Shown: positions 46,625-56,815 of the stretch, piece after piece
How positions within the stretch are numbered: the stretch's first letter is position 1
Layout of the letters: each line of letters opens with the position of its first letter
Assembly (NCBI GenBank): GCA_035291665.1
Contig: DATDRP010000004.1
Span: 22,272-86,271 of the forward strand
Source of the DNA: Patescibacteria group bacterium
GTDB taxonomy: Bacteria > Patescibacteriota > Microgenomatia > UBA8517
Length of the DNA: 64,000 nt
Direction of reading: 5' to 3'
The notes under the pieces: model-generated
Told to the model about the DNA's origin: nothing
The model's database searches: none
What the model saw: the letters and a program-made list of their open reading frames with translations, nothing else
Made by a program: the position numbers and the translations under genes

Positions 46625-47348
46625 CTATTGTACCAGCTATTTTGTCATGCCAGGTCTGTTTTTCCTTATCTTTGATCGCAACAACATATCCGAGTCCGAA
46701 TAATATAGATGACAAGAATTTACCGACAAACTCCCTAAGAAATGCTTTAATATACCCGGGCGCTTCGTCGGTCTCTTTATCTACAACTTTGATCTTGAGA
46801 ATTGCCTTACCCGGTGTTGCGCCGGATTTTCCGATGAAATAAATAGGGTAAAGTACTCCCACCAGCCATCCAATGGATGACAAGGCAATATTAACGGGGT
46901 CAGTTTGGGCAGGGATTGTAAAATTCGGGTTAATCGGAAGGCTTGAGGTGGCAGCTAAGTTTGTTGAATCAGAAAACGCTTTTAATATTTGAGTAAAATA
47001 AGGAAGATTAAAAACAGCGGTTATAAGACTGATGATAATTCCGTCGACAAGAATTGCAAAATACCGTCTCGGAATCGAAGCGTAAATTGATTCGATACCC
47101 GGTTCGGTTTTCTGGGTGATGATTTTTGCCTGGCTTATTGTTTTGAGTTCCGACGGGGAAGCATTTACAACTGTTTGTTCAGGTAAATCAGATTGTTCGT
47201 ATTCAGCCTGTAATTCTGCTTCCTTTTTCTCGGGGAACTGATTTGAAAAAGACATAGTGTTTTTCACTGTTTGTCCCGAGTTCATCGTATCGGATGCAGT
47301 TGGGTTTTGTGAGTCATCAGCCTGAACTTTATTTGGATTTTTCTCCAT
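46611..47348 (-). CDS. RDD family membrane protein with disordered N-terminus
   Basis: YASIPRRYFAILVD, GATPGK, KQTWHDKIAGTIVV. Confidence 0.92.
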   Translation of the reverse strand: MEKNPNKVQADDSQNPTASDTMNSGQTVKNTMSFSNQFPEKKEAELQAEYEQSDLPEQTVVNASPSELKTISQAKIITQKTEPGIESIYASIPRRYFAILVDGIIISLITAVFNLPYFTQILKAFSDSTNLAATSSLPINPNFTIPAQTDPVNIALSSIGWLVGVLYPIYFIGKSGATPGKAILKIKVVDKETDEAPGYIKAFLREFVGKFLSSILFGLGYVVAIKDKEKQTWHDKIAGTIVVRA

Positions 47349-47523
47349 CTTGATTTCACCTGTATTTAAGTCTATTTGATTTTCCGATTGCTTGTCAATC
47401 GTGTTTGGAATTGCAATGTTTTAAAGGACTAATAGCTATTATGGTTGAGATCGGTACCGAACCTGTAAATTTCAAATCACAAAAATATGCGGTGTTAAGA
47501 TAGAATCTATTTACTGTATATAA

Positions 47524-47895
47524 ATGAGAAGTGAAATTGTGAACGGCAGATACAAAACCAAACCGATCTTCAGGCCTACGGAAGAGGCAGCGTTTGGAAA
47601 TATTGACGCCGAAAAGGATATCTATGAACTTTTCAGAATGTTTTCCGGTGTTGACTCACAAAATAAGAAGCCAGCTCTTGAGCAAATGTTGGTTTTTTGG
47701 CTGCATTATCCATGTCGACTTCCCCAACATGAAATTGCAGTACACTTGGGAATAAGCGATAAGGCTGCCAATAATAGAATTTACGAAGCAAGAAAGAAGG
47801 CATTAAAAGTATTGGGTAATAAACTTACGGAAAGAGAATTTGAAGAAAAGTGGAATATGAGGTTAAATAGCGATAAGGGTAAAACATTTGAATGA
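47524..47895 (+). CDS. Sigma factor region 4-like HTH protein
   Basis: QHEIAVHLGISDKAANNRIYEARKK; ATGA overlap with rsmI. Confidence 0.65.
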   Translation: MRSEIVNGRYKTKPIFRPTEEAAFGNIDAEKDIYELFRMFSGVDSQNKKPALEQMLVFWLHYPCRLPQHEIAVHLGISDKAANNRIYEARKKALKVLGNKLTEREFEEKWNMRLNSDKGKTFE

Positions 47896-48581
47896 CAGGA
47901 ATACTCTACATAGTTGCAACACCAATCGGAAACCTTGAAGACATTACACTTCGGGCAATCAAAACGCTTAAAAGTGTTGATATCGTCTTGGCTGAAGATA
48001 CAAGAGTTTCAAAGAAATTATTGGATTCCCTATATTCCATACACCATATACCAAGTACTAAATTGGTGAGTTATCACCAGCACTCAAACGAGACAAAGAA
48101 GTTGTGGATATTAAATGAGCTTTTGGGTGGCAAAGATATAGCTTTGGTTACAGATGCCGGAACTCCAGGGATTTCGGATCCGGGTAACGAACTTATTTCA
48201 TACCTTTTACTACATTATCCCGATTTAAAAATAATTCCCATACCCGGACCAAGTGCAATAACAACAACACTTTCTGTAACAGGTTTTGATGTTAACAGAT
48301 TTGTATTTATTGGTTTTATGCCGAAAAAGAAAAAAAATAAACTTCTGACGTGGCTGAAAGAGGGTAAAACCACCTTTGCTTACTATGACTCGCCTCATAG
48401 AGTAATAAAAAATCTTGAGGAAATAAAAACGTTATTCGGATCTGATATAAAAGTATTTGTGGCACGGGAACTTACCAAAATTCACGAAACTTTATATCGG
48501 GGTGCAATTGATGAAGTAATCGCAAAACTGCAAAACGATGTATTGAAAGGTGAGTTGGTGGTTGTGGTCAATCGAAATTAA
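47892..48581 (+). CDS. rsmI: 16S rRNA C1402 2'-O-methyltransferase
   Basis: LYIVATPIGNLEDIT, AEDTR, DAGTPGISDPG, PIPGPSA, ARELTKIHE. Confidence 0.96.
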   Translation: MTGILYIVATPIGNLEDITLRAIKTLKSVDIVLAEDTRVSKKLLDSLYSIHHIPSTKLVSYHQHSNETKKLWILNELLGGKDIALVTDAGTPGISDPGNELISYLLLHYPDLKIIPIPGPSAITTTLSVTGFDVNRFVFIGFMPKKKKNKLLTWLKEGKTTFAYYDSPHRVIKNLEEIKTLFGSDIKVFVARELTKIHETLYRGAIDEVIAKLQNDVLKGELVVVVNRN

Positions 48582-48724
48582 ACTTGATTCCACTTATTCA
48601 ATTTTCTGAAAATACTTTTGGAGGTTTGGAAACTTGAGGAAATTTTATTATCGAGAAAGTTTTCGATCATGATGCGAGTTCAAGGCTGCCTCATTTCGTC
48701 TATTACCTCGATTCCTTTTTTATG

Positions 48725-49020
48725 TGCCTCTGGGGGGAATTGACAATTTCGATTCGATCGGAATTGGTTGTTCTCCCGAATCCCTGCCTGCCGTAGGCAG
48801 GTTACCCTGACGTGTACTTTGTACACTTATATAAGTTGCAGATTTTGTGTCCCTGGGTAGAATCGAACTACCATTTAAGGTTTAGGAAACCTCCGTTCTG
48901 TCCGTTGAACTACAGGGACAAGTTTGATTTTTGATCTGCAACTCATACAGGACAGGTCAATTCCTGTCCGCCTGTCCCGTTAGAAGCGCAAGCTTTCTAA
49001 TGGGATTGAGCTACAGAGGC
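48725..49020 (-). pseudogene. Outer Arg-type tRNA shell (5' and 3' ends retained) filled with palindromes and an intact tRNA
   Basis: Minus strand: GCCTCTG TA GCTC AA[insert]CGGACA ... TCAATT CCCCC CAGAGGC A; perfect 7-bp acceptor stem. Confidence 0.65.
48848..48919 (-). tRNA. tRNA-Arg(CCT), nested
   Basis: GTCCCTG TA GTTC AACGGACA GAAC G GAGGT TT CCT AA ACCTT AAAT GGTAG TTCGATT CTACC CAGGGAC A. Confidence 0.95.
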
Positions 49021-49174
49021 GTATCCAGACATATTTTATCATGATAAAGGATAAATCCGCTATGGATTTGATAAGAGATTGTATATTTTGGAATGTAACT
49101 ACCGGTGTATGATGGAGTTGTTTCCTATGTTTTTTTCTACCTACAACCGACAACCTAAAACCTATTTCCTAAAC

Positions 49175-50389
49175 TTACTTTATCGTTAAGTAGTATAAAT
49201 TTGGAGTTGTTGTTGCTCCGCCGAGGTTTGTGAGAATCAATAACCTGTCCTGACTCATAATTGAAAATGCAAAAGGGGAGAGATAGCTCCCATGATAGAT
49301 TTCCTGACGATTTGTACCGTCATAATCCAATATGGTAATTTTATCTTCTTCCGAAAGGACCAGATGCCGGGAGGTTGGGAACCACATCAGTTTACGGGTA
49401 GCGGTACTTATGACTCCGTCACCCACGACAAGATTTTTGGAATCCTCATCGATCAAAAAGTTTTTATCTTCTTTGATGTCATAAACATAAGTATGACCAT
49501 CCGTAAGATTGCGGTTTTGTTCCTGTGAAGATGATCCGGGTAGAGGTTTAACCAGATCATTGGGAATTGTTGCTGAACCGCTAGCAGTATAAACAAGCAT
49601 GTCTTCGTCCGGTGAGAATAGTATGGAAGAGGCCTTTCTGTTTAGGATTGATTCAAGCTCATCCGGAAGCTTTTTCATTTTATTTTGAAGTATTAGTTTT
49701 GTTTCATCATCCCATTCCTTTAAAGTAAGCTGTTTGGTTGCAATAATATTTACCCGTTGAGATTGGGGAGTAAATGTACCGGCATCAAGAAGATACGCAC
49801 CATTCAATGTTGTCAGTAAAATTTGTCTTCCGTCAGGAGACCAAGTCCAGCTGGCATTAGTAAGATTTCCATCGGTCACCTGCCTTGGGTCACGGGTAAA
49901 ACCGATAGGCAAGTTTACTGTTTCCATCACCCACAAGCCAAGTTTATCTGAATTATCTCCCGTTAAATCAGGAAGTACCGCGTAGGCAATTTTACCCATA
50001 TCGGTAGTAGATACCGGATTAGTACTACCGTAAAAAGTTATTGCTGAGAGGGACGGTGCGGATTTGAAAAGTGTAGCGGTAATTTCCGTTACTTCCTCTT
50101 CCTTGATATCAATTCTTTTATTCCAGGTGATGTAACCTTCTTTTTTTATTTCCACATCGTATGAATTGGGGCTTAAAGTGAGGGTAGTATTAGTTGCACT
50201 TTCCAGATTGCCATTCATAAAAATTTGAGCTGAATCAGGTGTGGATTTTGCAACAAGGATTCCGTGGGGTTCAAGTTTTCCGTCGTCGGGATTAAATCTG
50301 AAGCCTCTCGCGTACATTACAGCAAAGTAAGCTCCGAATCCGACAACGAAAAGAGTTAATAGAAATATTAAAATGCGAGTTCTAGCCAT
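49175..50389 (-). CDS. Membrane-anchored PEGA domain plus beta-propeller protein
   Basis: N-terminal TM; STPDSAQIFMNG...YDVEIKKEGY PEGA; WSPDG/FSPDE/WFPTS blades. Confidence 0.88.
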   Translation of the reverse strand: MARTRILIFLLTLFVVGFGAYFAVMYARGFRFNPDDGKLEPHGILVAKSTPDSAQIFMNGNLESATNTTLTLSPNSYDVEIKKEGYITWNKRIDIKEEEVTEITATLFKSAPSLSAITFYGSTNPVSTTDMGKIAYAVLPDLTGDNSDKLGLWVMETVNLPIGFTRDPRQVTDGNLTNASWTWSPDGRQILLTTLNGAYLLDAGTFTPQSQRVNIIATKQLTLKEWDDETKLILQNKMKKLPDELESILNRKASSILFSPDEDMLVYTASGSATIPNDLVKPLPGSSSQEQNRNLTDGHTYVYDIKEDKNFLIDEDSKNLVVGDGVISTATRKLMWFPTSRHLVLSEEDKITILDYDGTNRQEIYHGSYLSPFAFSIMSQDRLLILTNLGGATTTPNLYYLTIK

Positions 50390-50501
50390 GATCAGTTAAG
50401 AATAATTATATATGAAATGTATTTTTTATAACAGTTGTTGAGAGGAGGTTATGCTGGTTTTGGATTTTTATAAAATGCGTCGGTTATTGTTTTAAATCTG
50501 A

Positions 50502-50867
50502 TCAATATTTTTTTATAGTCCAAGGCATTGCCATCACTTGCGCTCCACGGTTTGTTCCAAAACTGGTTCTCAATTTTCCGTCATACCTGAAAGTTCCTTT
50601 TTTTGGCAAAAGCATCTCCGTAACAATACCATATTTATCAAGCACCTTTACAAAAACCTGGTCGTTTTTGTGTATTCCATATTCAATTATTTCTCCTCTT
50701 ACATCGGATGCAGCTCCCTGGTTTTTCGAATGTACGTAAACTCTATCACCGACATCTGCCCCCAAATATTGTCGAGCAACTAATGGAACAATAGATAAGG
50801 CGCATCCGCAACTGAGTTCAGCAGCATAAGCAAAATCTTCGGCTTTTGATTTTATTTTCTCAATCAT
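50502..50867 (-). CDS. Hypothetical protein, paralog of 50886-51263
   Basis: RQYLGADVGD...GTFRYDGKLRTSFG. Confidence 0.75.
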   Translation of the reverse strand: MIEKIKSKAEDFAYAAELSCGCALSIVPLVARQYLGADVGDRVYVHSKNQGAASDVRGEIIEYGIHKNDQVFVKVLDKYGIVTEMLLPKKGTFRYDGKLRTSFGTNRGAQVMAMPWTIKKY

Positions 50868-50885
50868 AATAAGACATTATTACTA

Positions 50886-51263
50886 TCAAGAATTATTAGT
50901 TCTTTTGAAATCAGATTTGGACGGATAAAAATTTGGTCTCAGACTGTCCGGTAAAGCTACGATCCTTATGCTTCTGTGAAATCCCATACTTGTTCTGATT
51001 TTTCCATCAGGTCGAAAAGTACCTATTTGCGGAACTGATTGCTCCACTTCATAACCCTCGTTCGTCAGGATTTTAACGTAAGTTTCATTGTTGCTTTTTC
51101 TTCTGCCGTAGCCAACTACCATACCTTCTACCGAAAGATGATGGGATCTGGAATCAAACTCTCTGCTTATTACAACTACATCACCGACTTCAGCACCTTG
51201 ATATTGTCTTATAAGTTTCTTTAAAGCGGTGACGGCAGACTTATCCTTTTGTTCGGAACTCAT
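50886..51263 (-). CDS. Hypothetical protein, paralog of 50502-50867
   Basis: RQYQGAEVGD...GTFRPDGKIRTSMG. Confidence 0.75.
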   Translation of the reverse strand: MSSEQKDKSAVTALKKLIRQYQGAEVGDVVVISREFDSRSHHLSVEGMVVGYGRRKSNNETYVKILTNEGYEVEQSVPQIGTFRPDGKIRTSMGFHRSIRIVALPDSLRPNFYPSKSDFKRTNNS

Positions 51264-51625
51264 AACGACCTATATTATATTCCGGCTGAATATGAAGTCA
51301 AGAATTCCAAGAACTTAGAGAATAGCGAAAAGAGAAAAGCAGGGGAACATATCAACAAATTGAAAATCGGAAATAATTTTAAAATTTTTTAGTTTTCTGA
51401 GTGTTTTACCTTCTTGTTAGTGATTGATCTAATTAATATAATGACTCAAATGATGAGCCTTGATTAATGTATCGGAATATGTTGAAAGCATAACAAAGTA
51501 TATAAGCGAAAAGGGAAAAGTAAAAAAGCGATACGTAACAAGTCACAAGTGACAAGAAGAAGAAACCAAGTGTTCAAAAAACCTAGCAATTTGTAAATAA
51601 TTTAATAATTTAGCAATTTAATTGT

Positions 51626-52633
51626 ATGTTTAGAAAAAAACTGGCTATAGATCTTGGAACGGCCAATACCCTTGTATGGGTTGCTGGTGAGGGAATAGTG
51701 GCCAATGAACCGACGGTTGTGGCAATTTCTGCTGACGACAACCGTGTTGTTGCGGTTGGGGAGGATGCCAAAAGGATGCTGGGAAGAACTCCGGAAGCGC
51801 TCATCGCCAGTAGACCAATGCGTGAGGGGGTAATTGCTGACTATCAGGTAACCGAAGCAATGCTCAAATACTTCATCGGGAATGCAATCGGGCGTTTTAT
51901 AATTCTTAAGCCTGATGTAATGATATGCGTTCCAGCCGGTTGCACCCAGGTTGAACGGCGGGCTGCTCTGGATGCAACTCTTTCAGCGGGAGCCTCGCAT
52001 GCGTATTTGATTGACGAACCTTTGGCAGCTGCAATTGGAGCCGGAGTACCAGTGTCGGCACCCAGCGGGAATATGATATTAGATATCGGCGGAGGCGCTG
52101 CTGAGGCAGCTGTGATTTCTTTGGGGGGAGTTGTTGTTCATAAAAGCGTACGTGTTGCCGGAAATAAGATCGATGAAGCTATTCAGGAGTATTTAAAAAC
52201 AAAATTCAATCTTATAGTCGGAGATCAAACTGCAGAGCACCTGAAAATAAAAATAGGATCTGCTTTGAAACTTAAAAAAGAGGAGAAGATGGAAATATCC
52301 GGACGAGATTTGGTTTTCGGACTCCCCAGAAGTGTTATTGTAGGTTCAAACGATATCACACTTGCGATCAGAGCCACTCTGATGCAAATTATAGGAGCTG
52401 TAAAAGGAGTTTTGGAGGACACACCACCGGAATTGGCGGCAGATATTATTGATAAAGGGATTACGATGAGCGGCGGCACCTCGTCTTTACGGAATTTTGA
52501 TCAGTTAATCGTTGAAGAAACGGGTGTTCCTGCGCACGTTGCAGAAGACCCTTTGCTTTGCGTTGTACGAGGCACCGGAGTCGTTTTGGAGAATATTGAT
52601 CTTTGGAAGAGGAGTGTTACCTCAAGGACATAG
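51626..52633 (+). CDS. mreB: Rod shape-determining protein MreB/Mbl
   Basis: AIDLGTANT, RPMREGVIAD, EPLAAAIGAG, DIGGG, TPPELAADI. Confidence 0.96.
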   Translation: MFRKKLAIDLGTANTLVWVAGEGIVANEPTVVAISADDNRVVAVGEDAKRMLGRTPEALIASRPMREGVIADYQVTEAMLKYFIGNAIGRFIILKPDVMICVPAGCTQVERRAALDATLSAGASHAYLIDEPLAAAIGAGVPVSAPSGNMILDIGGGAAEAAVISLGGVVVHKSVRVAGNKIDEAIQEYLKTKFNLIVGDQTAEHLKIKIGSALKLKKEEKMEISGRDLVFGLPRSVIVGSNDITLAIRATLMQIIGAVKGVLEDTPPELAADIIDKGITMSGGTSSLRNFDQLIVEETGVPAHVAEDPLLCVVRGTGVVLENIDLWKRSVTSRT

Positions 52634-52976
52634 TAACCTCTAGTAAATTGCGGTACAAAATAAATATTGGGGACAAGTTGAGCATAACCTATTTTGTTTA
52701 GCCTTATTTATTGTTCAAGTATTTTATACAAATTCGTGGATATCTTGATAAAATAGAATAAAGTAGATAGTATATAGTAATTGAGATAAAATAGTGAAAT
52801 TTAAGAAATATTCAAAGAAAAAGTAAGATAATTTTCAATAATATAGGTTGAATTAATTTTGAATTTAGAGGGATATGAATTGACTTCCTGCCAAGCGAAA
52901 TACATTATTTCATGGTAAAATTTGATAATGTACCGGAGGAATTGAGCTTTAATCAATTTTTTTTCAAATAATTAAT

Positions 52977-53918
52977 ATGACAAAAACCCCGTCGGATGGC
53001 AATATTTTGGGAATAACATTGACTGGCAATCAGAAGATGGATCTGCTAAGTGAGATCGAATATTTTTTAGTTAAAAAAGATAAAAGAGGTAGCAGATCAG
53101 CTTCAGTTTTCGGCCGATTTATACCCGGAAAACTTTTTATTACAACGCCAAATCCCGAACAGATGGTTATTGCATCCCAAGACCCCAAATTTAAAAAAAT
53201 ACTTTTAGCCTCAGACGTGAGGCTGTGTGATGGTGTGGGATTAGCCGCCTGGTCAAAATTTTTGAATCTCCCAAAGACAAATGTCCAAGTTTTGAAACCC
53301 ATATTTTACTTACTACAGGGTTTGTATATTGAAATGTCGATAATCTTCAATAGAAATATGCTTGAAAAACACCAAACTGTTATAAAAGGAAGGGAAATGT
53401 TTCTTGATTTACTACGACTAGCCAATAAACACCAATGGAAAATATTTTTGCTTGGTGGAAGAAAATCAGTAAACGAAAAAGCTGTTTCTGTCTTAACGAA
53501 AAAATACAAAAAAATAATATTCCAGGAAGAATCCGGCCCACTTTTAAATGTCAATGGTGTACCGTTGAACGGCGAAGAGTTACGAGTCGATCAAATTGCC
53601 GTACAAAAAATTAATAAGTTTAAACCAGACCTTTTGTTTGTCGGGTTTGGTGCACCCAAACAGGAAAAATGGGTTTATCAACGGCTAGCAAAGCTAAATA
53701 TTAGCGGTACAATGGTTATTGGAGGCACATTGGATCAAATTGCCGGTACAAGACTGAATGTACCATCACTTATAAATAATTTTGGTTTGGAATGGTTGTG
53801 GAGACTTTTTACCGGTTCGCAAAATTTGGAAAGAATATATAACGCTGTCATCCGTTTTCCGATTTTGGTTTATCAGGAGAAATTAAGAATGAACTTAGTG
53901 AGAGGGTTTGAGAATTGA
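52977..53918 (+). CDS. WecB/TagA/CpsF (GT26) glycosyltransferase
   Basis: TPNPE, DGVG, PDLLFVGFGAPKQEKW, GLEWLWRL. Confidence 0.93.
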   Translation: MTKTPSDGNILGITLTGNQKMDLLSEIEYFLVKKDKRGSRSASVFGRFIPGKLFITTPNPEQMVIASQDPKFKKILLASDVRLCDGVGLAAWSKFLNLPKTNVQVLKPIFYLLQGLYIEMSIIFNRNMLEKHQTVIKGREMFLDLLRLANKHQWKIFLLGGRKSVNEKAVSVLTKKYKKIIFQEESGPLLNVNGVPLNGEELRVDQIAVQKINKFKPDLLFVGFGAPKQEKWVYQRLAKLNISGTMVIGGTLDQIAGTRLNVPSLINNFGLEWLWRLFTGSQNLERIYNAVIRFPILVYQEKLRMNLVRGFEN

Positions 53919-53966
53919 ATTTATGTATCATATCAATTATTAAAAAACTAGAAAGGTGGTGTTAGC

Positions 53967-54188
53967 ATGACAGGTATAAAAGTTGAGTTGGAAGGAGGAC
54001 CGGTTATAGAAGGACAGGAATATCCGAGAATTACTCCCGACGGAAGAGTTATCGCAGCTGATCCGAGTAAAGTTCACACGATGCGTAGGGGTTTCGCATT
54101 TAATCACGACGGAACAGCAAAATCTACGGCAGAAATAGAAGGAAAGAATTTTGTTCCCGGACCTGATGATGGCTATAAGCTGGGATAA
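53967..54188 (+). CDS. Small hypothetical protein
   Basis: 73 aa ORF preceded by SD-like GAAAGGTGGTG. Confidence 0.6.
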   Translation: MTGIKVELEGGPVIEGQEYPRITPDGRVIAADPSKVHTMRRGFAFNHDGTAKSTAEIEGKNFVPGPDDGYKLG

Positions 54189-54216
54189 ATTAAAAATAAT
54201 CATCTACAATTAGTTT

Positions 54217-55305
54217 GTGACATCCAACAATATTTCTCAACGAAAAGTCGATCATCTGAAAATCGCACTTTCGGATCAGGTTCAGATTGGCTCTGCCGGT
54301 TTTAAAAATTATTCTTTTACTCATAATGCTTTACCTGAATTGAATTTTGAAGATATTGACACCTCAACCGAATTCTTGGGTAAGAAAGTTAATTATCCGT
54401 TTTTTATTTCTTGCATGACGGGTGGTGTCGAAAAAGGATCAATTATTAACAAAAATTTGGCTATTGCTGCCCAAAAACACAAAATCCCGATGGGAGTGGG
54501 CTCCCAACGCTCAGCAATAGAAAATCCTGAATATGCAAAATCATATGCGGTTGTTCGTAAGTACGCAGTTGATATCCCTGTTATGGCAAATGTCGGACTT
54601 GTACAGCTGAATTATGGATTTGGATTAAAGGAGATTGAGGCAATAATAAAAATGGTAGATGCGGATGCTTTAGTATTTCACATCAATCCGGTTCAGGAAG
54701 TAATACAACCCGAAGGCGACCGGAATTTTGGAAAATTAATTGGAAAGCTTGAGAAAATAATCGATAAGATAAAAGTACCGGTTATTGCGAAAGAAGTCGG
54801 GTTCGGTTTGTCGTTTGAAGTAGTGGAAAAGTTATATCAGGCGGGAGTGAGAATTTTTGATACTGCTGGTTGGGGAGGCACAAATTGGGCAATGGTTGAG
54901 GGTTTAAGAGAGAAGGCAGATCTGAAACTGGCTCAATTATTTTCAAATTGGGGAATACCGACTACAGAATCGATTATACAATGCAAGAAGTTTTCTGATA
55001 GCTTGCAAAAACGGACCCTGAAATTGGGAAAAAGTAACAGTAATAGTAAGAGTAAGAGGAGGGAAGATGTTGTTATATTAGGCTCCGGTGGAGTCAGATC
55101 CGGGGTTGATGTAGCCAAAGCCCTCGCACTTGGTGCAGATTTGGCAGGAATTGCCGCTCCTTTTGCCAAAAAGGCGCTTGTTTCGGCTCACGAGGTTGAA
55201 AAATTAATTTTAAGCTACGCAACTGAGCTGCGGGTGGCTATGTTTGCCACCGGTTCAAAAAATATCAAAAAACTGAAAAATACGAGGCTTCTAAAATTGA
55301 AATAA
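54217..55305 (+). CDS. fni: Type 2 isopentenyl-diphosphate isomerase
   Basis: RKVDHL, MTGG, GSQR, QEVIQPEGD, KEVGFG, GGTNW, SGGVRSG. Confidence 0.95.
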   Translation: MTSNNISQRKVDHLKIALSDQVQIGSAGFKNYSFTHNALPELNFEDIDTSTEFLGKKVNYPFFISCMTGGVEKGSIINKNLAIAAQKHKIPMGVGSQRSAIENPEYAKSYAVVRKYAVDIPVMANVGLVQLNYGFGLKEIEAIIKMVDADALVFHINPVQEVIQPEGDRNFGKLIGKLEKIIDKIKVPVIAKEVGFGLSFEVVEKLYQAGVRIFDTAGWGGTNWAMVEGLREKADLKLAQLFSNWGIPTTESIIQCKKFSDSLQKRTLKLGKSNSNSKSKRREDVVILGSGGVRSGVDVAKALALGADLAGIAAPFAKKALVSAHEVEKLILSYATELRVAMFATGSKNIKKLKNTRLLKLK

Positions 55306-55384
55306 TCCTCTTCGCTATTGTATAATATAGGATATATTCTATCTTGATTGTTTGTGAGATTAAATAGTAAGGAAAATATATAAT

Positions 55385-56275
55385 ATGGCTGTAGAAAATA
55401 GCCGTTTCCTACAAACTATAGAAAGCCAAGCATTTGCTGTTCATGCTGATGTTGCGAAATTCTTAACTCTTTTTTTTATTTCAACGGGTGAAATTCCTTC
55501 ACCAAAAAGGATAAATCTGCTTTATAGTTTTGTTAAACTTTCCCTTGAACAGGGGAGTGGCGGTTTTGACGCGCTTGCTGACAAAGTAGCTTTATCGGGT
55601 TCTTCACATTCAGTTATTACAAAAACTTACTGGCAGGATAGGCAAGTTGAAAGTTTTAAGGGAATTTTGGATAAAGCAAACTTTACATATTCATCGAAAA
55701 ATCAAATAACAGCTTCAAAAGAAGCAATGGCCTCATGGTGGAAAGTTTTTCATTACCACGAGTTGAATTCGAGAGGGGTTGAACCACCGTTTCCTTTGAG
55801 GGCTGAGTTTATATCTGAAGCCGAAGAAGATAATATCAGGTATCGTGAATCTACAAACGGGAGTTATGTGAACGCTATGCTTGGGATTGTGCGGCCTGCA
55901 ACGGATGAAAAAATAAAAAAAGAGAATGAGAAAATATTGAATGGAGTAATGAAGCCGGTGTTAATGGCTTATCAGGCAGTAACAGACGGCACGCAACTGG
56001 ATTTGGAATGTCAGAAACAAAAACCCTGTCTGATAAATTTAAATGAAGCCGGATTAGAAGGATTAAGTAAACCCCAAAGATTGGAGAGGTTGAAGAGTTT
56101 AATCCAACATGAAGTCAAAAGATATTTGGTGGATTTGGAATTTCCTATGAAAATTTTTGGAATGGGAATGAGAAAAAAATTTACTGGATTTGCGATTAAT
56201 CTTAATTTAATACTGGAAATGACGAAATATCAGGAAAATGGATTCAAGAAGGAACGTTACCCTCAGATGGTTTGA
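55385..56275 (+). CDS. Hypothetical protein
   Basis: 296 aa ORF; no motif recognised. Confidence 0.7.
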   Translation: MAVENSRFLQTIESQAFAVHADVAKFLTLFFISTGEIPSPKRINLLYSFVKLSLEQGSGGFDALADKVALSGSSHSVITKTYWQDRQVESFKGILDKANFTYSSKNQITASKEAMASWWKVFHYHELNSRGVEPPFPLRAEFISEAEEDNIRYRESTNGSYVNAMLGIVRPATDEKIKKENEKILNGVMKPVLMAYQAVTDGTQLDLECQKQKPCLINLNEAGLEGLSKPQRLERLKSLIQHEVKRYLVDLEFPMKIFGMGMRKKFTGFAINLNLILEMTKYQENGFKKERYPQMV

Positions 56276-56468
56276 TATATCTCAAAGTTATGTCTATTTG
56301 TCCTTCATTTTTAATATAAATCCCTATTGACAAGAAGTGTTTGTCTTTGATACCTTGTGTATAGGATAAATAGATTAAAGTAGTAGATCAGGCACAAAAC
56401 TAGTACTAAATAGTAGTAAATGTATAGCGTAACATCTTAGTATCCTATATACTCGAAATTTTTGAAAT

Positions 56469-56681
56469 ATGGCCGAGCCAAAGAAAAAAATAAAACTTGA
56501 TGAACTTCCGGACCTTCTTACCGTTAGGGAGGTTGCTGACATACTTCGGGTTTCACCTCTAACAATTAAAAGATGGGGAAAGCGTGGAAAATTACCGGCA
56601 ATAAGAATCAACTCCAGAGGGGATCGGAGATATAAAAAAGAAGCCGTATTGTGGCTTTTAGGCATCCAAGAGAAAGAATAA
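56469..56681 (+). CDS. Excisionase/MerR-type (HTH_17) small DNA-binding protein
   Basis: LLTVREVADILRVSPLTIKRWGKRGKLPA...GDRRY. Confidence 0.88.
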   Translation: MAEPKKKIKLDELPDLLTVREVADILRVSPLTIKRWGKRGKLPAIRINSRGDRRYKKEAVLWLLGIQEKE

Positions 56682-56815
56682 GGATAGCTTTTCAAAACAA
56701 CCTCAGATATTAATTTAGTATTCTTGCCCCGCAAAATCGCTCTTTCGACGTAAACGCGAAGCATTTGAGAGAAAGTAAGATATTTTCTTACGTACAAGAA
56801 CAGTCCTTGCAACAA

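Noticed and set aside
56469-56681. Prophage or ICE suggested by the excisionase-like HTH
   Set aside because: No integrase, att pair or phage genes nearby; more likely a stand-alone regulator.
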